Positions 54,564-64,000 of a stretch of DNA of 64,000 nucleotides are shown here, piece by piece. Each line of letters opens with the position of its first letter. Position 1 is the stretch's first letter. The notes beneath the pieces are model-generated. The model saw only the letters and a list, made by a program, of their open reading frames with translations, ran no database searches and had not been told where the DNA came from. The translations under genes and the position numbers were made by a program. The stretch comes from Kudoa neothunni (taxonomy: Eukaryota > Animalia > Cnidaria), in the NCBI GenBank assembly GCA_964304625.1, contig OZ199838.1, forward strand, positions 5,294,145-5,358,144, given 5' to 3'.

Positions 54564-56351
54564 ATATTTTTTTTGTAAGTAGTTTCCAAATAAAAAACTT
54601 AATATACCAAAATATTAAAATTATAATGAATTGATAAAATGGTTTTTTTGCGCTATTCTCTTTTATCATTTCCGCAACTCGACTTAATGTTGAATTTCTT
54701 TTGACTACATATGCTTATCTACGTTAGCTGGAAAAACAGCATTGAAAAATTTCACAAGGAGAATTTTAAGCACATATCAAAATATTAATAAAAATCTCAT
54801 ATTCCCATTCCTATAAATCCAATTTAGTTGTATGCCTTGACTGTGATTAAGCTTTGATGACACTTACGATTCAAAATAGAAAATCTAAATCATAGAATAT
54901 TAGAATATTGAACACTAATAAGTATATGTACTTACTCAACCAATCATATTAGGTATTTAATTTTTACTGGTTCGTTGATGAATAAAACAATAGCATTTAT
55001 TGTATAACATCTATTGTGAAATGTTTTTATGGTATATATAATATTTATGTGAAATATTTAAAATAATTACTGATTCTTGCCTAAATATATCAATCGTATA
55101 TCGTATAATTCAGAGGCTACATTTCAACGATATGAAGTCAACTAATGAAATTAGGTTGTTATTGGTCAGTATAATTTAATCATATCAAACGTACAAAGTG
55201 CTATATAGTTTATATCCAAAATTATTAGGTCAATGTTCCATATTTTTTGTAATTTACGCAGAGAATAATAATGTTAAGTAACCTATACTTTAAACTTACA
55301 GCGTTTACGGCCAAGCTTTTAGATATTTGTTATAGTTACCTGGATTGGGTGCGGAGAATTAGGCTGAGGAAGAAAAGCCTCTTGAATAGTAGTTAGAATA
55401 GAAATTAGATTCATATAAAGATGAATTATTTATTCCAAACTGCATCGTAAATTAAAAAAAAAATTATAATTAAGGTAACATCGCAATTTTATATATCCAG
55501 ACACTTAGCTACAAAATGAGTTCGTTGAATCAAAAGAAGTTTCTGTTTAACCCCCTGAAATTCATTGTGAGCGCTAATTCAATCTATGAGAATAAAACAT
55601 GAAAATTACTAATATAGCTCATTAATCAAATACACAAATATTTTGTAGCAATAATCAAACCATTAACCCTAAATAAGTCAAAAAAGGAAAATTATTCAAA
55701 CCTATCGAGTATTTTTATATAAAATTATTGCAAAGATACTTTCTTGGAGTATAAATTAAAATTCCAGAATAGAACCAAACCATGCAATTTAATTAATGTG
55801 AATATTTATATATATATATACAATATTGGTTTATTTATTCTTAGTTATTTTATTCGGTATGACTTAATTTTGGTATTTAAATTTTCTTGAAACATTTTTT
55901 TGGTTATATCAGGCGTTTGGTTAATAAATAATGTGAATTGTATATATTACTTCATTTTCAATTCTGCTCGAAGTTAAATTTTTGTGGGAGCAACAGTTAT
56001 TGGAAAATTTACGATAGAGTTTAAAAATTTAGTTTGGCCTCTAAAATAGCCTAAAGCTTTTATTTAACTCGATCTAGTTTTTTTATCATAAATGCGTAAA
56101 ATATATGAATTTTGATTAAAGTAAAAAGTTATTACAGAAATATAACAGCCATGGTAATTAAATTAATAATCTATCTAAAAAACTTTAGATAGATTTATTT
56201 TAATTATAATAATTGGAAATAAAAATTTTTTTTTATTACTTCTATCAGATTTGTAGAACAGCCTTAATCATAGGAAAAATCTTGTTGGGACTCAAGGTAA
56301 GATATACAAATAATAATTAACGATTTGAATTTTTCATCAGGCAGCTGAATA

Positions 56352-57720
56352 CAGTATTTCGCGACCAAGATGCAAACTTTTCCAATTAAGATGAAAAAAT
56401 GGCGCATATCTATTTGAATGTTAAATTTTCTTTTAAAAATGTCAATAAAACTTTTAAAAAAGCTACGTAACGCTGAAATAACAGAGGATATTTAAATTTT
56501 ATTCATATCTATTTTTATTTCTAATTGTTAATTTCTTCTTTGTGCAAGGAGGTCGAGAAATAAGATTTTGAATGCTTCACATAATTCGCACAATTTGCTT
56601 CTGTTATCTCTTCTGAGCTTTTTCTAATACATTCGAACAGCTCTGAATGTGTTTAGGGCCCCATCCATTTCACAATGGATTTAAGTTGTCCAAATACCTC
56701 CTCAGCCGGATTAAGGAATGGCGAATAGGGTGGTAACAGCAGCAATTTATAGGGGCTGTTTTCAATCAATGCTTTTACACTTTCGGTTTTATGGAATGCG
56801 ACGTTATTCATTATTAAAATGGCTTTTTCGATTGAATTTGCTTCCAAATTTTCGAAAAGATCCGTTGAAAATGAGGAAAAAACAAGTTGGTTTACACCGC
56901 CTATGTGAATTTTAAATCTCCAATTTTTTTTTATTGCTCATGGCTGCTATTGACGTAATGTTTCGGGATCTAATAGATTTCACTTTTAAGTTTGCTCTAG
57001 TTCCTGTAAGTGATCTACCTTGAGAACGTCAAGTTGCCAGAGAAAACCCAGATTTGTCAATAAAGAGAATTTCAGAATATTCTGGTGCCAGACAGTGTAT
57101 TCGTTCGCATAACTAAGAAAATCATAAGCCAAATATAAAAATTAATTTTTTACTCGTATCATAATGAAAATAGTTCTAAGGGAATTCCTGTTCACTGGCA
57201 TTAATGATATTTTTTCAGGGTATAGTGGAATTCAGTCAGAACCCTGAAGATAGTTTGTAGAGAAACCCGAATGGAATATTTCTCGAAGACCTTTTCGGAT
57301 AATTGTTTAAGGGATAGCGTACAATTGTCATCCACCTCATTAATAATAAATTGTTTTTGATCAGGGTTCAATAGTGAACAACGATCTCCACCTGTTGCTA
57401 ATCTTTCTTCTGACCATGTTTCATTCATCTTGCTGACAATTCTACTTATCGTAGATTCGTGAATGCTCAGAGACTCAGATATTTGACGGTTGGTCTTCCC
57501 ATTCTGGATGGCTTTAGAAATTATATCAAAATATAAATAATTGGAGTCGTTGAAAAATCTTTTCCCTATCTTTCTTATTAACAATTTCGTATTTTCTTCT
57601 CATTTTATTAATAATTTCTGGTTCAACAGGCATATCTGAATCTTATTTCTTAAAAACTGACTAGCGCGCACCATGTTTGCTTTTGATTGGAAAAATTTGC
57701 ATCTTGGTCGTGAAATATTG
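56352..57720 (-). mobile_element. Tc1/IS630-type transposon with decayed transposase
   Basis: TA TSD and TIR of about 35 bp (cagtatttcgcgaccaagatgcaaa..). HTH RQISESLSIHESTISRIV; DDE_3 motifs LFIDKSGF, LIMNNVAFHK and LPPYSPFLNPAEEVF. Confidence 0.9.
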
Positions 57721-58005
57721 TAATAAACAGACCTGTTCACTTATTCATTTTAAACGTTTCCGAATCGATAGATAACCGAAACTATTGAAATTTACTTTGT
57801 AACGTGACGTTGACCATATTGTTAATGATTTAGTAAAATATAATTAGAAAATAAAATATTAATCCCTAAAATTTTATTAAAGCAAATAGTTCTAAGAGAG
57901 ATAATTTATTGTCATTTTTAACTCTGAAAACAAATTCATTTTTATATCTTTATGGTTTCTCCAATATATTTTATTCTGATGAACAATAATCAAGACAGAT
58001 GCTAT

Positions 58006-58513
58006 TTTTTTTGTTTACAAGATCAAACCCCTGGCGCCACTTGTTACGATGTGGAGTTCGGGCTGGTTAGGTCTTCTCCATTTACGCTTTAGGCACCGCA
58101 GGTCATATTAAGACGACTTACGTTTATGCGGCAGTGTGGGATTATAACCCACAAAACATCCTCTTTTGGAGCAACCACCACCCAACCATACCCTGGACTA
58201 ACCCAGAATTAGTCTGGGAAAGTCGTCCGAATATGGGTGTCGGCTCTATGGAAACCCCCTACTGAGTTGTATTTCGTTCCTGTATCCCGGCGTTTATGAG
58301 CGCTCGAGATCAACCCTTGTGCTATGCTCCCTTTCTAGCTGCAAGCAAGGCCACGATAAATCGTAGATCCTTGAGATTACCACAGCCTTCCTACATAATT
58401 TCGGATTAGGAGTACAGGAACGCCCGAACTAGCTACTAGCCAGGATTCGAACTCGTAACCTCAAGGTATGCGATCTCGACCTAGCACCACTATGCCATAT
58501 TGTCCAGGCTTCA
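58006..58513 (-). mobile_element. tRNA-derived SINE-like element, copy B
   Basis: A box tggcatagtgg, B box agttcgaatcc and poly-A tail. 15-bp TSD caagacagatgctat (57991-58005) / caaggcggatgctat (58514-58528). Tail homologous to 23935-24125. Confidence 0.85.
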
Positions 58514-59611
58514 CAAGGCGGATGCTATGCTGCCAAAAATGTCTCAGCCATACTAAAATCTTTTTTTATAATTTATATTAAAAATAAACATCCATTTTCC
58601 TACAAACGTCCATTACATCATGGAAAATTAATAAGTTAGTATATCAAAAATCAATTTTCAAATTAATCGAATATTTTGCAATTTGATAAAAATGCCCCAT
58701 TGGCAATGCTTACATTTTGTGTTTTGAAGTGAGTTATTCTTGTGTATAATTAATTCCAAAATCATTTATCACTTTTTTTCGTGAAAATATAACAGTTTTG
58801 CTCATGCAATAATGATTCAATGGCACAGTTAGCATCCTAGGGCTCACCAGCCGCATGACTCTTAGTGTTCCAAACAAATCGATCGTCAATAACAAATAAG
58901 GAGAATAAAGACAAAAATCTGGGATTTAAAATTTATTATCCTTATATATGACAAAAAATTAGAAAACTTAAATTATTATTACTTTTATAAACGGTTTCCA
59001 TCGGCAAATTCAATTAAATTTTGTGCACGCTCGCGCGACTTAAATCTTAATCACCATAGTTCCTGTTTGTCAGCTACAGACGTATTTATTTTTTTAATCC
59101 TGTTATATATGATTATTCCTGACCCACCAATATATTCAAGAGGCCAAAATTAATTAATAAAAATTAATTATAATTACTACGGGACCTATGGGATTAAATA
59201 TGTACGGATCAATAAAACCTTCTTTTTATTTAACCTTGTGGCAATTCGGACCTAAAAATGGTTGTGGATCACGGCGTTGAATTAAAAAAAACTTCACATT
59301 AAAATCAAGTATATAGAGAGTGATGGTAATTTTTTAAATTATTTGTCATAATTACTACAATCCTAATATAACAATTTTCTTGAGAACGTTTATCTTAAAG
59401 ATCCCTAATATGTATCAAGTTTTAAACAACCGCTTTATTTTAAAGTTTTAATTGGTTCATTTCGAACAGTTGGTTTTACATAAACTTGTTGTACAAACAG
59501 TAGTAGTTGCTAAGCGTTATGATTATTTGTTGTGGAACCTTAATTTAACAATTTAACAACATAAGTAGTACTACTTATCTTTATCAAAGAATTTGGTGAT
59601 ATTAATTTTTT

Positions 59612-62194
59612 ATGAAGACGATAACTCAGGCGAAATCAAATATTTTCACAGAAAGTCTTATATCGTTGGTACCTATTTAATCAATCAATTACGTTTTATT
59701 AAAACTATGTTTGAGGCTAATGGGCTATTCAAGTCAAGATGTTATTCGACGGTTCGGAGGTTGTCTCTGTTAGTGTCTAAACTGTAACATAATTATAACA
59801 TTATATTTTTAATATTTGCTTTATTATATTTAAAGCACAAAAAGTTACAACATAAATGAGGATAATGATTCTAAACATTGGGATATCATAATGAAAAATC
59901 TTAGTTGTAAATATATTTGATTGTTTCCTAATAGTGTTAGTATATCTAACGATCAATTTGATTCAGTATTTTTCAAAGAGAATATTCTGAAGAGTCTATC
60001 ACAAGGAGAGAAACCATATGACGCATCCTCTAATATAGCGAAAGTAGTGATACTCATCTATTTCCAGTTAGAATTGCACAGAACTAATGTTATTTTTAAA
60101 TTTTTGTTCCAAGGTTACATTGATGCTGATGTATTTGTGCTTTGTCAGTGAATATTACGTGCGAAATATTCAAACAATCATTGATCAATTGGATCCTTCA
60201 CATGGAAGCACATTATATTATTTGTTGGATAGTTTCAGTAGAGCAGTAGAGGATCTGAAAGAATTACCCAAGTTTTGGAATAATACTATCGACAGTATTA
60301 TCAGCTGGTCTCATTACCTAAAAACCTGAAAAAATTTTCACATTATAGATGAAGATGATGGCTCACAACAACAATGCAGTTTCATCAAAATGTATGACAC
60401 AAGTAAACTGTGTGCTTCACCCCAAATCTTCCCGAAATATCTTCAAGTGTGATATCAACTGGAATATTTGATGTCTTAGATATTAAAAAAAATTAATATT
60501 TCCGTATTTAAGGGTTCTGTTCAAAAGTTTTGCAGACGAATTAAAACTCTTGAGGGTAGCACCACTGGGCTGGAGAGTGAAAGTACCTCTTATAAAACTG
60601 TCAGTTCCAACACTCATACTACCCATCCATCTGAGGAAAGTTGTTTCTTGTTTCTCTGTGTAATCTGAGTTTAGCTGAATAGAAATGACCAAAAATGCTA
60701 GTACAACGATAGAACAACAAAATAAGTGCTTTTCCAATGTGATTTAAGATAATTCTACTGTCAAATAGACAGATTGACCAATTGAAACAAACCATAGCAA
60801 AAAAGAACAATGAAATAGCGCATTTACAAGTAAAAAACAAACTGGACAACGAGCAATTAGAAAAAGTTACCAAGAAATCATCAGATTCCACTACGAACAT
60901 GAAACGAACGGTCGATCTGCTGAAAGTCAAACTAGATGCACTCGAAAAATTACGCGTTTATGATACTGAAGCTATTCATGAACTCGAACATATATTACTG
61001 CAATATAATACATATGACCCCTATTGCAACAATATGCTCGTACGGCTGACTCATTTAATTCTTTTGTCTTCATTAACATTTTCAACAGTTGCTCCTTATT
61101 TTAGGGAATAACTTCGTACGAATGTACATACAATGAGATCATAGACGACAACTCTCCACTGGAATATTATAAATCAAATCAGGCAGCGATTTCTCATCTC
61201 TCCATTTCTTCTCCCAGCGAACAGAGTAAGAATAAAATAAAGATAGTTTAATTTCAGATATTTATTTTCAAGATAACTATTTATCTTATGATGGTGATGC
61301 TAATGTCAATATCACCGTTGATACTAATCAGAACATTTTTTTACCTCAAGCTTCATGTATTTTCGCATTGACGAAATCATCATCTCACGTTTTAATATTT
61401 AGTCAATGCGATTTCAGTGGAAAATACTAACCGGCCCAAATCCAGTCACTCACCTACTCAATGGACCGACGTTTCAACCGACGTAGTTTGAATCAAATGT
61501 TAAATAGATATTAATCTCTTGAAGATGTTACTAGCAGAAATACTATCTGTTTTTCAAATAATTCTTCATTATTACACCGGATCAGTGTCACCTAATCTAA
61601 CAAATAAAATAATGAACGACGCAGATCTTACTGAGAAGGAGACTTCTCGTACTATACCATCACCAATAATAGATAAGTATGCTTATTCAAAAAATTATTT
61701 TAACTCATTAAAATTTGTTTAAAACGACAGCCCCACTGGGGAACACAACACAGCTAGTACTTATGAAATCACTAAAAATCCGGTTTGTTCCCCCATATCA
61801 TCTCATGGTGCTAACAAAATAAATAATGGCATTTATGGGGATACCTGCAAAGAAAGTAATGACCTAATACTATCACCAAAACTAATCACAAAGCACATTT
61901 ACTTAAATCTAACAAAACTGTTTAAATTTTATTATTTTAGATAACTCCATCCCCAACAATAGTCATGAAGTTGAGTTAACAAATGATCGACAGTCAACTA
62001 TACAAAATATTTATCCCTCCGAATCCAGTGGAGTTGCCAACATGGATGTTAAACGCTGCAAGAAGTGCTTGGAACGATACTCTCCAAATATTCAAAGAAG
62101 AAAAACACAATATTTGAGGAATCAGCTCAGCAAACAGATCAAATTCAACTGCGAAACAATGGATGAATTAGTAGGCCTGAAAAAAACGATATAA
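59612..62194 (+). CDS. Multi-exon coiled-coil protein, possibly with a HOOK/NuMA-type N-terminal domain
   Basis: Many short GT-AG-bounded exons. N-terminal ESLISLANGLF and LMLMYLCFVSEYYVRNIQTIIDQLD, heptad region 60770-61000, Ser/Thr-rich tail. Family assignment is weak. Confidence 0.55.
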
Positions 62195-62608
62195 AAAGTT
62201 CAGAAACAGCTCCAAACCATTAAATGCGCCCTTACACATTGAACTATTTTCTTTAACCGAAATTTAATTACAAAGAACTCATATTTTTATTGGTTGTTGA
62301 TAAATTTTATTTATCATTTTCTTTTCTAATAGGCACGAATAAGTGAATTTTTAGAAAAACCAATAATGTGGAATTAGGTTAATAAAATTAAATCAACTAT
62401 CCACAAATTCCACTCAATAATCATAATTTGGCGCTGAAATCATATTTAAAAATTTACAATCAATCCAGGAAAGTAAATATGACAACTTACCATACAGTAA
62501 GATTCGATAAATTTTCTAGGGTTAACCAATAAGAAAATACAAAATTAAAAGTGAAAAAATAAGTCTGTATATCAAAAGTTTAAATGAAATATGATTTTCA
62601 ACTAAAAG

Positions 62609-63161
62609 CTATAAACTAACACAAAACACAGCCAGAATACAACGCATTTCGTCATTTTCCCATGTAACCATATGGCTTTCTTGGTTTATAGAACAATTAT
62701 ACATAAACACTCATATAAATGAACAATTAAAAATACCGTCAGTTTTCGAATTCCAATAACACGTGACTGATGTGTGAATACCATAGGATGATTTTTGAGT
62801 AATTAAACAATGAACTATAACAAATTTTAAATATCTGCCACAAATGAATAATCAAGTAATTCTACCAATAAATTTGTAATTTCTAAAATGTTGTGCCAGT
62901 TTACTCACACAAATCTTGGTTATATCGCTTTTCCATTCTTTCACCTTTTGTGGATCATAGCTTTCGATACCAGACATAGACGTTTCGATGGTCTTAACAC
63001 CCATAAAACCTATTCAAACATAAATCCTCTACCTCATTCATAACATCTTCGATAGTGACGGGATAGTCTTCTAATATCTAATTCGCAATTTATAAACTAG
63101 TAGAATAGCAATTGTGGAGTGGAACCTCAACGTTTTGGGCGGAATCAACAACTTCGGACAT
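62609..63161 (-). CDS. DYNLT1: Dynein light chain Tctex-type (5 exons; absent from the ORF track)
   Basis: Spliced MSEVVDSAQN|ILEDYPVTIEDVMNE|TIETSMSGIESYDPQKVKEWKSDITKICVSKLAQHFRNYKFI|VHCLITQKSSYGIHTSVTCYWNSKTD|ESHMVTWENDEMRCILAVFCVSL* matches the Tctex-1 family. Confidence 0.85.
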
Positions 63162-64000
63162 TTGTTCCCGATGACACTACTCGATTCGATTACGATAAAC
63201 TCATCGACAAAAGCACGATCGTACGTGAATTGGTATTGGGCGATTTTTTTAAAGAAAAAAAGCACAACATTCAATGTTTTAACGAAATATTATCTTTATT
63301 TGTATATTAAATGCATTTGGAGTAAAAATGCGAATTAACTTATACGATACAACAATAAATATCAGTTATCCTTTTCTAATATTTTATAATTAACTAACTT
63401 ACTGACTAATAATTGTTAGATGAGGTTTTAAATAAACTACATTTGTTTTAACGCTCCGTCTTTTAATCTCGAAGTCTAAAAAGATTGATGGATTATAACT
63501 TTTAATTCACTTAGCAACATTTAAAGAAGTTACTTAACTAAGGAAACAATATAGCTCCAAAAATTACATTTTTTATTTATGCTGTGTAACACAATTTAAG
63601 AAGAAAGATCCACATTAACTAGGTAAGCCTTGAAAATTAATTGCCGAATAAACCCGATGTATTTATTACTATTATTTTCGCTATTTTCGACCTTTCGTTC
63701 ATACCAAGAAAAATTCTGTAAAGTTTTTTAATGTGACTATATCAAAATTTTTATAACTACATATTATAAATAATAGTCATTAGTAGATTATAATTTAACA
63801 GATATTTTGGATAATAGTTTGTGATAAAAACCCTAATTCTTCTACGAACTAATCCACCTATAACCAGATATTCAATTAAAGACGTTTCTTCGTTATTTTC
63901 CACTTAAAATATACAAGGTAAAAAACAAATTTAAGTGTTGAGGCACAATTTCATTTATAAAAAATCGAAATCGCTATTTGTTGCTAGAAAATTTATGTGG

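Noticed and set aside
1-64000. Non-standard genetic code explaining the short ORFs
   Set aside because: TAA, TAG and TGA each terminate well-supported genes, and the in-frame stops fall in short introns or decayed transposons.
1-64000. CRISPR array or other prokaryotic system
   Set aside because: No regularly spaced repeats; the sequence is intron-containing eukaryotic DNA.

Overview
AT-rich, gene-dense eukaryotic (animal-type) DNA with very short GT-AG introns (typically about 35-60 bp) and strongly divergent proteins. This is most consistent with a reduced parasitic metazoan such as a myxozoan cnidarian (inference only). Because most genes are spliced, the ORF track shows only fragments. 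Reconstructing exons by eye gives, in order: a WD40 (WDR53-like) gene, an SLC7 cationic amino-acid transporter, GPATCH11, MRPL52, NOB1, a divergent beta-tubulin with no acidic tail and a piggyBac in intron 3, two unidentified genes, ATG16L1, PRPF4, SMARCAL1, the 3' end of another unidentified gene, an ARID5-like factor, a coiled-coil gene and a Tctex-1 dynein light chain. Intergenic DNA and the long introns hold decayed DNA transposons: hAT MITEs with 8-bp nnnTAnnn TSDs, piggyBac, Tc1/IS630, and possibly pogo and P-like remnants. The most unusual non-coding signal is a tRNA-headed, GC-rich, highly structured SINE-like family. Its two full copies share head and tail but carry different folded middle domains. 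Several single-base insertions in homopolymers break otherwise intact genes and look like assembly errors. No CRISPR array, rRNA or convincing functional tRNA was seen.
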